Positions 27,013 through 37,036 are shown, counted from the stretch's first letter. The stretch is 64,000 nucleotides of DNA from an uncultured cyanobacterium (GCA_963803805.1 CAWDOD010000004.1:427108-491107), one strand, 5' to 3'. Notes: generated from the sequence alone by a model not told the origin. Translations and numbers: made by a program.

Positions 27013-28641
27013 ATGAAAGTTTTACTTCTTTACCCTTTATTTCCCAAAAGTTTCTGGTCTTTTGAAAAAACCCTAGAGTTACTAGGCCATAAAGCTATGC
27101 TTCCCCCTTTAGGGTTAATAACCGTAGCTGCTATCCTACCCCAAGAATGGGAATTTAGGTTAGTTGACCGCAATGTGGGGGATGTTACTGAAGCTGATTG
27201 GGAATGGGCAGATTTAGTTATCCTTTCGGCAATGATCGTCCAGAAAGAAGATTTACTAAACCAAGTTAAAGAAGCAAAAAGAAGAAATAAAAAAGTAGCA
27301 GCAGGAGGCCCCTATGTTACGGCTTTATCAGAGGAAGTAAAAGCAGCAGGGGCTGACTATCTTATTTTAGATGAAGGGGAAATTACCATGCCCCTTTTTG
27401 TTGAAGCTTTAGCTAGGGGAGAAACATCAGGAACATTTAGTTCTGAAGGTGTCAAACCTGATGTTACCAGCACTCCTGTTCCTTTGTTTGAATTATTAGA
27501 TTTTGATGCCTATTCAGAAATGGCTGTACAGTTTTCCCGTGGCTGCCCTTTCCAATGTGAATTTTGCGATATCATTGTTCTCTACGGTCGCAAACCCCGC
27601 ACCAAAGCACCAAAACAGTTGATTGCTGAGTTAGAAAGACTCTACGAACTAGGCTGGCGACGCAGCATTTTCATGGTGGATGATAATTTCATTGGTAATA
27701 AGCGCAACGTGAAATTATTACTCAAAGAATTGCAACCCTGGATGGCAGAAAAAGGCTACCCCTTCACCTTCGCCACAGAAGCTTCTGTGGATTTAGCTAA
27801 TGATCAAGAATTAATGGATCTTATGGCTGCTTGCAACTTTGGGGCAGTTTTCTTAGGGATTGAAACCCCCGACGAAGGCAGTTTAGCTGTCACAAAGAAA
27901 TTCCAAAATACCAGAGATCCCCTTACTGAGTCGGTGGAAAAAATCATCCATTCTGGTTTACGAGTTATGGCGGGATTTATCATCGGTTTTGATGGAGAAA
28001 AAACTGGGGCAGGCGATCGCATTGTGAGGTTTGTAGAAAAAACCACCATCCCCACGGCAATTTTCAGTATGCTACAAGCCCTGCCTGATACGGCACTGTC
28101 ACACCGCCTCAAAAAAGAAGGAAGGCTACGGGAAGAATCAGCGAATATTAACCAGACTACCTTAATGAACTTTGTTCCCACCCGTCCCTTAGAAGAAATT
28201 ACTGGGGAATATATACAAGCATTCTGGGATTTATACGAACCAAAACGCTTTTTAGAAAGGACTTATCGCCACTATCGCCTGTTAGGAGAAGCACCTTGTC
28301 ATAACCAAGCCCGTCCTAAAAGAAAGAAAAGTTCCGGGGGACAAAAGCGTCCTATCGGAATGCTAATTAAAGCAATGTTGACGATCTTCTGGCGACAGGG
28401 AGTAGTAAGGGATACTCGTTGGCAATTTTGGCCTTATTTATTTAGTATGCTGAAGCATAACCGCCGAGGCATCGGCAGCTATTTAGGAGTTTGCGCCCAA
28501 ATTGAGCATTTTCTGGAATATCGCCAAATTGTTAAAGAGCAAATTGAAGCCCAGTTAGCTATATTTTTAGCAGAAGAAGAGAAGTTGCAAGCTAAGTTAG
28601 CCCAACAAGAAAAAGAAGAAAGCTTAAAAGTGACTGCTTGA
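27013..28641 (+). CDS. B12-binding domain radical SAM protein (DUF4070-type C-terminus)
   Basis: 542 aa. N-terminal cobalamin-binding-like Rossmann segment and the radical SAM cluster motif CPFQCEFC. Confidence 0.85.
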   Translation: MKVLLLYPLFPKSFWSFEKTLELLGHKAMLPPLGLITVAAILPQEWEFRLVDRNVGDVTEADWEWADLVILSAMIVQKEDLLNQVKEAKRRNKKVAAGGPYVTALSEEVKAAGADYLILDEGEITMPLFVEALARGETSGTFSSEGVKPDVTSTPVPLFELLDFDAYSEMAVQFSRGCPFQCEFCDIIVLYGRKPRTKAPKQLIAELERLYELGWRRSIFMVDDNFIGNKRNVKLLLKELQPWMAEKGYPFTFATEASVDLANDQELMDLMAACNFGAVFLGIETPDEGSLAVTKKFQNTRDPLTESVEKIIHSGLRVMAGFIIGFDGEKTGAGDRIVRFVEKTTIPTAIFSMLQALPDTALSHRLKKEGRLREESANINQTTLMNFVPTRPLEEITGEYIQAFWDLYEPKRFLERTYRHYRLLGEAPCHNQARPKRKKSSGGQKRPIGMLIKAMLTIFWRQGVVRDTRWQFWPYLFSMLKHNRRGIGSYLGVCAQIEHFLEYRQIVKEQIEAQLAIFLAEEEKLQAKLAQQEKEESLKVTA

Positions 28642-28675
28642 TTTTCAAAGGCTAATAGCTAATTGTCTTACTTTT

Positions 28676-28712
28676 CCATCTCTCTAGCTTATAAAACCGC
28701 TAGGTGAGATGG
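28676..28712 (+). terminator. probable Rho-independent terminator of the radical SAM gene
   Basis: CCATCTC-t-CTAGC ... GCTAG-gt-GAGATGG hairpin (12 bp with a small internal loop, 10-nt loop) followed by ATATTTTG. Confidence 0.4.
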
Positions 28713-28978
28713 ATATTTTGTTAGGATTATGTTCAGTAATTAGGGACAGAAAGGCAATATTTTAGGATGCTTTGTGTGATGAAATGCTATTCCTTGCCCC
28801 CTTAACCGTCAATTTTCAATTATACAGACCACTAGCTTGCACTTAAGTTTTTGACATCCTCTATAGGGATAAATCTAGAGTTATAAACAAGGTTATTTAG
28901 AATCTCTAGAGACAGATGTACTAGGACAAAGCATTTAATTAAGCTAACGAAGTATCATTAAAATGCCTTGAACCTATC

Positions 28979-30493
28979 ATGACCTCTTTACCTGGAAAAC
29001 CAGCTTCTTTTTGGATTGATTCTACTCTAGAAACTAATTATCCCACCTTAATTAATGATGTTACTGTTGATGTGGCTATTGTGGGAGGTGGGATTGCTGG
29101 TATAACCGCAGCAATGCTTCTTAAAAATGCTGGTAAAAGCGTTGCAGTTGTGGAAGCCAAAAGTATTGCTACAGGAGTTAGCGGACATACTACAGCGAAA
29201 GTTACCTCTTTGCATCAACTAATTTATGCTGACTTAATTAAAGAGTTTGGTGAAGATAAAGCGAGGATTTATGCTGAGTCTAACCAAGCAGGGGTTGAAC
29301 AAGTAGCGGATTTGGTTGCCCAAGAAGGAATTGATTGTGACTTTAGTCGCCAGAGTACCTATACCTTTGCAGACTCTGCTAAACATCTTGACAAAATTGA
29401 AGCTGAATGTGAAGCTGCCCTGAAAGTTGGCTTGCCTGCTTCTTTTGTGACAGAAACTTCCTTACCCTTTGCAATTGCTGGGGCAGTTAAAGTAGATAAT
29501 CAAGCCCAGTTCCATGTTCGCAAGTATCTACTCCACCTAGCTGATAAAATCGCTGGGGAGGGTAGTTATGTTTTTGAGAATTCGAGGGTAGAAAAGATTG
29601 AAGAAGGTACGCCTTGTGAGGTAATTACAAGTCAAGGGAAGGTAAAAGCCCAAGATGTTATTGTCGCTACCAACTTACCCATCCTTGATCAAGGGTTATT
29701 CTTTGCTAAATCCTATCCTAAACGTTCCTACATTATTGGTGCAGCTATTGACCCAGAAAAAGCACCGGAAGGGATGTTTATTGGCGTAGGGGATGACTAT
29801 CATTCCATTCGCACCACCCCTTACCAAGGAGGCAAACTCTTACTCATTGGTGGTGGTGGACATAAGGTTGGGGCTATTTCCAATACAGAAGAAAAGTACC
29901 TTGCTTTAGAAGCATATGGACGTTCTCAGTTTGGCATCGATAATTTTGATTATCGCTGGTCTAGTCAGGATATGGTTTCTTTTGATAAGTTACCTTACAT
30001 TGGTAAACTAACCCCAGCTAACAAGCATATCTATGTGGCCACAGGGTTTAGTCTTTGGGGTATGAGTAAAGGTACAATGGCAGGAATGCTGCTGAAAGAT
30101 TTAGTTTTAGGGCAAGAAAACTCTTGGGCTGATCTTTACGAAGCCACCCGTGCAACTCCTTTTGTGACTAAGGAGTCTTTGAAGAACAATGCTGAGGTAG
30201 GATTAAATTGGATTGGCGATCGCTTAAAAGCCTTGAAAAATCCTTCCTTAGCTGATGTTGGTGTGGGTGAAGGTAAAATTGTTCTTGTGGATAAAGAACC
30301 TACGGCGGTTTATAAAGACGAACAAGGAAAAATCCATGCTGTTTCTCCCGTTTGTACTCATTTAGCTTGTATCGTTAATTGGAATAGTGCCGAGAAGAGT
30401 TGGGATTGCCCCTGTCATGGGGCGCGTTTTACTTGCGAAGGTCAAGTAATTCAAGGGCCAGCAATTAAAAATTTGGAGAAGAAAGTTATTTAG
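28979..30493 (+). CDS. FAD-dependent oxidoreductase fused to a C-terminal Rieske [2Fe-2S] domain
   Basis: 504 aa. DVAIVGGGIAGITAA dinucleotide motif. Rieske ligands CTHLAC...CPCHGARF. Confidence 0.85.
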   Translation: MTSLPGKPASFWIDSTLETNYPTLINDVTVDVAIVGGGIAGITAAMLLKNAGKSVAVVEAKSIATGVSGHTTAKVTSLHQLIYADLIKEFGEDKARIYAESNQAGVEQVADLVAQEGIDCDFSRQSTYTFADSAKHLDKIEAECEAALKVGLPASFVTETSLPFAIAGAVKVDNQAQFHVRKYLLHLADKIAGEGSYVFENSRVEKIEEGTPCEVITSQGKVKAQDVIVATNLPILDQGLFFAKSYPKRSYIIGAAIDPEKAPEGMFIGVGDDYHSIRTTPYQGGKLLLIGGGGHKVGAISNTEEKYLALEAYGRSQFGIDNFDYRWSSQDMVSFDKLPYIGKLTPANKHIYVATGFSLWGMSKGTMAGMLLKDLVLGQENSWADLYEATRATPFVTKESLKNNAEVGLNWIGDRLKALKNPSLADVGVGEGKIVLVDKEPTAVYKDEQGKIHAVSPVCTHLACIVNWNSAEKSWDCPCHGARFTCEGQVIQGPAIKNLEKKVI

Positions 30494-30588
30494 CTTTGTT
30501 AGCAGAAAGCCTACTTTTTACCCAATCTGGCACAAAATTGAGATGCTGGATTGGGAGGGGTGTGATTGCAATTATGACTTCCCCATTC

Positions 30589-30624
30589 TTACATCTTTAG
30601 AACGAGTTACATCTTTAGAACGAG
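30589..30624. repeat. perfect tandem duplication 2 x 18 nt (TTACATCTTTAGAACGAG)
   Basis: Read directly from the sequence. Lies ~70 nt upstream of the MFS transporter start. Confidence 0.8.
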
Positions 30625-30695
30625 TGCAGTAAGGAATCAAGAATGTTAAGAAGGGTAAAGAAAGTGAAATTTACCAGACTACTGCACAGAACAAA

Positions 30696-31934
30696 TTGAG
30701 ACATCTAAGAGACATCCACTTAAAAAACTTACTTCTTCTGTTTAGTACAGGTCTATGCTTTTGGTTAAGCATAACTTCCTTGCTGCCTGTTCTACCCGCT
30801 TATATTCAAGATGTAGGGGGAACACCTCAGCAAGTAGGTTTTGTTATGGGTAGTTTTGCCATTGGTTTGCTACTTAGCCGTAACCCCATGGGAAATCTTG
30901 CTGATCAACGCAGCCGTAGGCTAGTAATCTCCATTGGTACTCTAGTAGTAGCGATCGCACCTTTAGGCTACCTATTTGCTAAATCAATTCCGATTTTAAT
31001 CCTCCTACGATCATTCCACGGCATTAGTGTAGCTTCTTTCACCATTGGCTATAACACCTTGGTTGTCGCCCTGTCTCCCCCTAAACAGCGAGGGCAAACC
31101 ATTGGTTATATGAGTTTAGTCATTCCCCTTGGTTTAGCATTGGGGCCAGCTTTTGGAGGATTACTACAAGAACAAGTTGGTTACGCCTCCTTATTCCTTT
31201 TATCTTCTGGCATTGGTTGGCTGGGTTTGCTTTTATCTTGTCAAATTCATGAACCAGTTAAGGAAAACAATGCAACCAACTCTCACAAGCAGGAAACTTC
31301 CCCTCCAAATTCTTTTTGGCAAACTGTCTCCAGTCCGCGTTTAAGGGTTCCCACTACAATTCTTTTACTCATTGGTTTAGTCTTTGGTACTTTAATAACT
31401 TTTTTGCCTTTATTTATCCGTCATATTCATCTAAACCTCAACTCAGGTTGGTTTTATACTGCTGCGGCGATCGCCAGTTTTAGTGTACGCATCTATACAG
31501 GTAAAGCCTCAGATTATTATGGCAGGGGAATATTTATTACAGGTAGTTTGGTTTGCTATGCCGTTTCCATGGCAATTTTAGCTTCAGCAAATAGTTCAGT
31601 AGCTTTTATTATTGCCGCAGTATTAGAAGGGGCAGGGGCAGGAATCCTCATACCAATGACTATTGCTTTAATGTCTGATCGTTCCCTAGATGATGAACGT
31701 GGTAGAATTTATGCTATTTGTTTAGGAGGATTTGATTTAGGTATTGCTATTGGTGGTCCAGTTTTAGGTTCTTTAGCTGAGTTTTTGGGTTATCGAGGAA
31801 TCTTTGGCATAGCCGCTATTTTAGCAAGTTTAGCCCTAATTGTTTTCCTAACTCAATCAAGCAAAAGTTTCGGTCATTCTTTACGCTTTGCTACAGGAAA
31901 AGAGAAAGATATTTATGCCTTAAAACAATCTTAA
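30696..31934 (+). CDS. MFS transporter
   Basis: 412 aa, about 12 TM helices. Loop motif GNLADQRSRR between TM2 and TM3. TTG start listed. Confidence 0.85.
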   Translation: MRHLRDIHLKNLLLLFSTGLCFWLSITSLLPVLPAYIQDVGGTPQQVGFVMGSFAIGLLLSRNPMGNLADQRSRRLVISIGTLVVAIAPLGYLFAKSIPILILLRSFHGISVASFTIGYNTLVVALSPPKQRGQTIGYMSLVIPLGLALGPAFGGLLQEQVGYASLFLLSSGIGWLGLLLSCQIHEPVKENNATNSHKQETSPPNSFWQTVSSPRLRVPTTILLLIGLVFGTLITFLPLFIRHIHLNLNSGWFYTAAAIASFSVRIYTGKASDYYGRGIFITGSLVCYAVSMAILASANSSVAFIIAAVLEGAGAGILIPMTIALMSDRSLDDERGRIYAICLGGFDLGIAIGGPVLGSLAEFLGYRGIFGIAAILASLALIVFLTQSSKSFGHSLRFATGKEKDIYALKQS

Positions 31935-31982
31935 TTTCATGGCTCATTAAATTTGGGTTTGATTTTCACAGATGTCTATTAG

Positions 31983-32549
31983 TCACTTACGAACAATAAC
32001 TACCGTACCTTCACTAACTTGTTCATACATCTGTTCAATATCAAGATTACGCATCCGCAAACAGCCGTGGGAGACGGCTTCTCCTATTGACCCTTCTTGA
32101 TTACTACCATGGAAACCAATTTGGTGAACATCGTCTCCATCAGACCAAAAACCAATCCACCTTGAGCCTAAAGGATTGTCGGGGCCAGGGGGAATTACTT
32201 CTCCGGTAATAGGTTGATACCAAGCCGGGTGATCATTCATGTCCTTGACTAAAAAAGTACCTGTGGGGGTTTCCCAACCATCTTTACCAACGGCTACAGG
32301 ATAGCTAGTAACTAACTCGTCAAACTCATATAAAGATACTTCGCGATCGCTTAAATCTACTACTAAACGACTACTTAAAGAAGCTGATAGTCGTAATAAA
32401 GGTGAAGAAGTTAGTTCTGCTGGGGTAAACTCTTGTTCAGAAGTTGCGGCGATCGCCCGTTCGGTTTTTGGTCGCTTTCCTTCCCAAAATAAGGCGCCAG
32501 CAGTCATAAAACAGAGAAACATGATACTAAATTGCACAGAATTAGTCAT
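31983..32549 (-). CDS. L,D-transpeptidase (YkuD domain)
   Basis: 188 aa. N-terminal signal/anchor and catalytic motif SHGCLRMRN. Confidence 0.85.
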   Translation of the reverse strand: MTNSVQFSIMFLCFMTAGALFWEGKRPKTERAIAATSEQEFTPAELTSSPLLRLSASLSSRLVVDLSDREVSLYEFDELVTSYPVAVGKDGWETPTGTFLVKDMNDHPAWYQPITGEVIPPGPDNPLGSRWIGFWSDGDDVHQIGFHGSNQEGSIGEAVSHGCLRMRNLDIEQMYEQVSEGTVVIVRK

Positions 32550-33229
32550 TGGTCACAACTAAGCATCGCTACGTAATTTTGAACCTGGAGGTCAATGCCT
32601 GTAATAGCAGTTCCTACAACTACAGCATAGGCTCCCCATTCTAGCGCTTTTTTAGCCATAGATGGAGAGGCAATTCCTCCTTCACAAATGGCGGGGATAT
32701 CTAATTTTGTGACCATTTCTTGCAGTAATTGCCAACCGGGAGGAGATAAATCTTTAGTTTGGGAAGTGTAGCCATAAAGAGTTGTACCCACAAGATCCGC
32801 CCCTGCTTGTGTGGCGGCGATCGCATTTTCTATGGTATCAACATCAGCCATGACTAATTTATCTAATTCTTGGTGAATGCGACGAATTAATTCCTCTAAA
32901 GTTTCGCCGTTAGGACGTTTTCTGTTTGTCCCGTCAATAGCAATAATATCAGCACCCGCTTGGGCGATCGCCACAGAATCACTAAAGCGCGGAGTTATAT
33001 AAACTTCGCAACCTGGAATTTGCTGTTTCCATAAGCCAATAATTGGTACATCTCCAATTTTCTCTCGTACGGCTTGAACATGATCAGGAGTATCCAACCG
33101 TACCCCCATTGCACCACAGTTGATTGCTGCTTTAGCCATAGCTGCAATTATTGAAGGGTGGTGTAAAGGTGAATTTGTTGGTGCTTGACACGAAACAATC
33201 AGACTATTTTTTAAGGAAGTTAAGATCAT
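32546..33229 (-). CDS. nanE: putative N-acetylmannosamine-6-phosphate 2-epimerase
   Basis: 227 aa. TIM-barrel NanE pattern (LIVSCQA..., GADIIAIDGT, ICEGGI). Its stop overlaps the start of the downstream L,D-transpeptidase (ATGA). Confidence 0.75.
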   Translation of the reverse strand: MILTSLKNSLIVSCQAPTNSPLHHPSIIAAMAKAAINCGAMGVRLDTPDHVQAVREKIGDVPIIGLWKQQIPGCEVYITPRFSDSVAIAQAGADIIAIDGTNRKRPNGETLEELIRRIHQELDKLVMADVDTIENAIAATQAGADLVGTTLYGYTSQTKDLSPPGWQLLQEMVTKLDIPAICEGGIASPSMAKKALEWGAYAVVVGTAITGIDLQVQNYVAMLSCDQ

Positions 33230-33346
33230 TGATTATTAATCATTAAGCATTAAACCCACATTGGGCCGATAGTTCATCAAAAACAATAATTAAAAGGTTT
33301 GATCGTCAATCTTGTCAAGAAGTTCTTCTCTCTCATGAACAGGACA

Positions 33347-34330
33347 CTATCGATTAACTCTAATCTTAGCTAAATAAATAAAGAAAGGCGCACCTACTAA
33401 TGCTGTCATAATACCAACAGGTATTTCTTGAGGTTGTATAATTAACCTAGCAGCAATGTCCGATGCTAAAAGCAATATGGCTCCTAACAAGGCGCTGTAG
33501 GGCAAAATCCAACTATAGTTGACCCCAACTAAAAACCGCGCTACATGGGGTACAACTAAACCCACAAAACCAATTGCACCAGCAACAGCAACAGCACTAC
33601 CATCTAACAGAATAACACAACCCAAAGCCGCTAGTTTGACCAAAGCGGTTCTCTGCCCCAATCCCTTTGCTACATCTTCTCCTAAATTCAACACCGTGAT
33701 TTGCCGCCCAAGGATGAGACTTAAAGCCATGCCTATGGCTATATAAGGAATAATTTGCCCAAATAGACTAGCATCAGCACCGGCTAAGGAACCAGCTAAC
33801 CAAAAACGGATTTCTTCTAGGGTGCGTTGACTAATAATTAAGATAGCAGTGGTGAGGGAAGTTAGGAAAGCACTAATGGCTGCACCAGCAATGGTTAAGT
33901 TGAGGGGGGTAATACCACTGCGCCCTAAAGAGGCTAAGAAATAAATACTAATAGCTGTGATACCAGCCCCGGCAAAGGCACACCAGATATGAAAACTTGG
34001 TGAGCCTGTACCGAACAAAAAGATTCCCATCACCACAGCAAAGGCTGCACCGGAATTAATGCCTAAGATGCCAGGATCAGCTAAGGGATTGCGAGTGATG
34101 CCTTGCATAACAGCCCCGGAAGTAGATATGGCTGCACCCACAATCATAGCAGTTAGGGAGCGCGGCAAGCGAATGCTACGAATAATCAAATGTTCCGTTG
34201 AACCGTCAAAGGCAATTAAGGATTGATAAATACTCTTTCCCGGAATAGCCGTTGTCCCAAAGGAAATACTCAGTAATAAGCAGGTTAGGAGTAGGATAAG
34301 TCCTGCAATTAAGCCATAAACTCTTTTCAT
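33347..34330 (-). CDS. iron-chelate / siderophore-type ABC transporter permease (FecCD family)
   Basis: 327 aa. FecCD-typical LPRSLTAMIVGAAIS, NPLADPGILGI and GPVGFVGLVVPH-like segments. Confidence 0.85.
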   Translation of the reverse strand: MKRVYGLIAGLILLLTCLLLSISFGTTAIPGKSIYQSLIAFDGSTEHLIIRSIRLPRSLTAMIVGAAISTSGAVMQGITRNPLADPGILGINSGAAFAVVMGIFLFGTGSPSFHIWCAFAGAGITAISIYFLASLGRSGITPLNLTIAGAAISAFLTSLTTAILIISQRTLEEIRFWLAGSLAGADASLFGQIIPYIAIGMALSLILGRQITVLNLGEDVAKGLGQRTALVKLAALGCVILLDGSAVAVAGAIGFVGLVVPHVARFLVGVNYSWILPYSALLGAILLLASDIAARLIIQPQEIPVGIMTALVGAPFFIYLAKIRVNR

Positions 34331-34434
34331 TGCTCATTTTTCTATTATTGAATGAGTTAACCTAATCTTCCGCAAGTTATTGGAGTTGGGCTTACACATT
34401 TGACTTCTCGAAACTTCTATTGACTATTAACTAG

Positions 34435-36381
34435 TTAAAGCAAACTTGCCACTGCTTGAACCACTTGTATCGGCATAACTGGCTTAGATAAGTGTAGGGC
34501 AAATCCGGCTTTTCTAGTCCGTTGCTGATCCTCTTCACTAGCATAGGCTGTTAGGGCGATCGCCTTCACAAGAGAGCCGTTAATTTCTTGACTTTGCTGT
34601 AATTGGCGCATCAAATCATAACCATCCTCTGTGGGCATGGCGATGTCACTAATCAAAATCTCTGGGCATTGTTCCTGAAAGGCAATTAAAGCTTCCTGTA
34701 CAGAAGCAACGGCAGTTACCTGGGCGCCACAATCACCTAGCACCAAAGCTATTAATTCCCGACTATCAGTATCATCTTCTACTAGCAGTATCTTGATATT
34801 TTCTAGTTTAGGAAGTTGAGTTTTTGCCCCTCCTTGACTAGAGATATTTGTTTGTTTAGTTGAGTGAGTTGTTACATACAAAGGTAGTTGTACAGTAAAA
34901 GTTGAACCTCTTCCTCTACCTGCACTGTAAGCAAAAATTGTGCCGCCGTGCATCTCAACTAAATAACGTACAATTGCTAGCCCCAACCCCAATCCACCAT
35001 ACTGACGCTTCGAGTCACTTTTTACTTGGCGGAAGCGATCAAAAATATAAGGAAGAAACTCCTTTTCAATACCAATGCCTGTATCCTTAATTTGAATTTG
35101 AGCATAGTCTTTTACCTGTTCAATCTCAATGCTAATTGTTCCCCCCTCTGGGGTAAACTTAATGGCATTGTTAAGCAAGTTCCAAATTACTTGTTGCAAC
35201 CTATCAGGATCGCCAGAAACCAAACCGACATTTTTCTCTAGGTTAGTTTGCAATTCAATTTTCTTAGCTTGGGCTGCGATACGAATAGTATCAAGGGAAG
35301 CATTGATAACCCTTTGCAGCGGTAGTGGCATCACTTTTAGTTGCATTTTGCCACGAATAATCCGAGAGATATCAAGCAAGTCTTCAATCAACTGGGCTTG
35401 GGTGTAGGCACTGCGTTCAATAACTTCCATTGCCCTGGTGCTATCTTCGGGACTCAGTTGGTTGCCCTTAAGTAGCTGTAACCAGCCCAGCATACCATTG
35501 AGAGGAGTCCGCAACTCGTGGGAAAGGGTAGCAAGAAATTCATCTTTGAGGCGATTGGCTAATTCGGCTTCTTCCCTAGCTTGCTTTTCCCTTTTGAGAA
35601 GTTCAACCCTCTCTTGTTCAGCTTGTTTTTGCGCTGTTATATCTTGTAAAGCTCCTTCATAATACAACAACTTTCCTTGATCATCTTTAATTGCTCTAGC
35701 GCTGTGGCGTACCCAAATTAAGCTATTGTCATAACGGCGCAATTGTGCTTCATAGTTGTTAAGCTTGCCTGTAATGTGGAGTTGATTTTTCCAAGCATTA
35801 TAAGTTTCCCCGTCAACATGGGAATTAATTTGTTTATTTAGCAATAACTCCTGGGGATTTTCATAACCCAGTAATTGAGTTAAGGTACTATTTGCTTCGA
35901 TAATTTCTCCGGTGGAAGTGAGGCGATAAAGTCCTACAGGTACGCCTTCAAACAGCCGACGATAGCTTTTTTCTAGTTCTTGTTTTGCTCTGTGTTCTTT
36001 TTCCCTTTTCCAAACTGAACGCACTACTTTAGCTAAACGTAGATAATGCTTAGGAGATTTGATTACATAGTCATCTAAACCACTCTTCATGGCTTTAACA
36101 GCAATTTCTTCACTACCAGTACCTGTAAACATGACTACTGGACATCTAGGCTTGCGCTTTTTGACTCTGTGCAAAATATCAAGCCCTGTTATCCAACGTA
36201 ATTGGTAGTCAGTAATTACGAGGTCAAACTCTTCTTTTTCTAGTAAAGTAGCGAAAGTTGCTCCGTCGAATGTTTCTATCACTTCTAAAGAATTGAATTC
36301 CCGGTTGAGTTCCCGTAAGGCAAGGGCCCTATCATTAGGGTTATCATCAATTAATAATATCCGTAATTTTTCACCAGTCAT
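34435..36381 (-). CDS. hybrid sensor histidine kinase / response regulator (REC-PAS-HisKA-HATPase-REC)
   Basis: 648 aa. N-terminal REC (ILLIDDNPND...VITDYQL), H box LSHELRTPLNGM, DTGIGI, GGLGLGLAIV, C-terminal REC (ILLVEDDTDS...ILISDIAMP). Confidence 0.85.
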   Translation of the reverse strand: MTGEKLRILLIDDNPNDRALALRELNREFNSLEVIETFDGATFATLLEKEEFDLVITDYQLRWITGLDILHRVKKRKPRCPVVMFTGTGSEEIAVKAMKSGLDDYVIKSPKHYLRLAKVVRSVWKREKEHRAKQELEKSYRRLFEGVPVGLYRLTSTGEIIEANSTLTQLLGYENPQELLLNKQINSHVDGETYNAWKNQLHITGKLNNYEAQLRRYDNSLIWVRHSARAIKDDQGKLLYYEGALQDITAQKQAEQERVELLKREKQAREEAELANRLKDEFLATLSHELRTPLNGMLGWLQLLKGNQLSPEDSTRAMEVIERSAYTQAQLIEDLLDISRIIRGKMQLKVMPLPLQRVINASLDTIRIAAQAKKIELQTNLEKNVGLVSGDPDRLQQVIWNLLNNAIKFTPEGGTISIEIEQVKDYAQIQIKDTGIGIEKEFLPYIFDRFRQVKSDSKRQYGGLGLGLAIVRYLVEMHGGTIFAYSAGRGRGSTFTVQLPLYVTTHSTKQTNISSQGGAKTQLPKLENIKILLVEDDTDSRELIALVLGDCGAQVTAVASVQEALIAFQEQCPEILISDIAMPTEDGYDLMRQLQQSQEINGSLVKAIALTAYASEEDQQRTRKAGFALHLSKPVMPIQVVQAVASLL

Positions 36382-36495
36382 GATCTTAAGTCAGTGTTGA
36401 GTTAGACAGGTTATTTTGGTGAAGGCAGGGAGTGGGAAGGGACAAGTAGGAAGGAGGAGTAGAGGTTTAGTCCTATTCCTGTCTTTTCTAGAAGC

Positions 36496-36951
36496 TTAGT
36501 TATTAAGTAGTCTTGGTCTTTGGTTAAGATTAAACCAGTATTTGTGGACTTGATCAGTTAGTTCAACTAAATCTTCAAAGGTGACAGGTTTAACTAAATA
36601 AGAATTAATTCCTAAATCATATGCTTTATCAATGTCAGGACTTTCTTTAGAAGAAGATAACACAATTACAAGGGTACGTTTAATTTCGGGCTGTTGGCGC
36701 AACCAAGCAAGGACTTCTAAACCAGAACGACGAGGAAGTTTGAGATCAAGAAGAATTAGTGCCGGCAGAGGGTAGCGATTACGATTATTATAGGGCTCTT
36801 GGCAAGACAGGTAAGCAACAGCTTGATCACCATCAGTAATGGTTTCTAGATTAGCGTTGACTTGAGCTTTACGAAAGGCCCTTTTGATGAGCATTATATC
36901 GTTAGAGTCATCCTCTACAAGCAAGATTGTTTCTCGTTCATTACTCATCAA
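36496..36951 (-). CDS. single-domain response regulator (Rcp1-like)
   Basis: 151 aa. ILLVEDDSND, LILLDLKLPRRSG, LSSS...K. Confidence 0.85.
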   Translation of the reverse strand: MMSNERETILLVEDDSNDIMLIKRAFRKAQVNANLETITDGDQAVAYLSCQEPYNNRNRYPLPALILLDLKLPRRSGLEVLAWLRQQPEIKRTLVIVLSSSKESPDIDKAYDLGINSYLVKPVTFEDLVELTDQVHKYWFNLNQRPRLLNN

Positions 36952-37036
36952 ATTTTGCTCCTGTCTTGATTTTTTAGCCGCTCAATAACTAACTAAATTC
37001 TCCTTATTATCCAATAAATCTAACTCTATATTAAAT

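Noticed and set aside
27013-31934. B12-radical SAM, FAD/Rieske oxidoreductase and MFS transporter as one biosynthetic gene cluster
   Set aside because: The genes are separated by 337 and 202 nt, a terminator-like hairpin follows the first gene, and there is no precursor peptide or scaffold enzyme. Co-directionality alone is insufficient.
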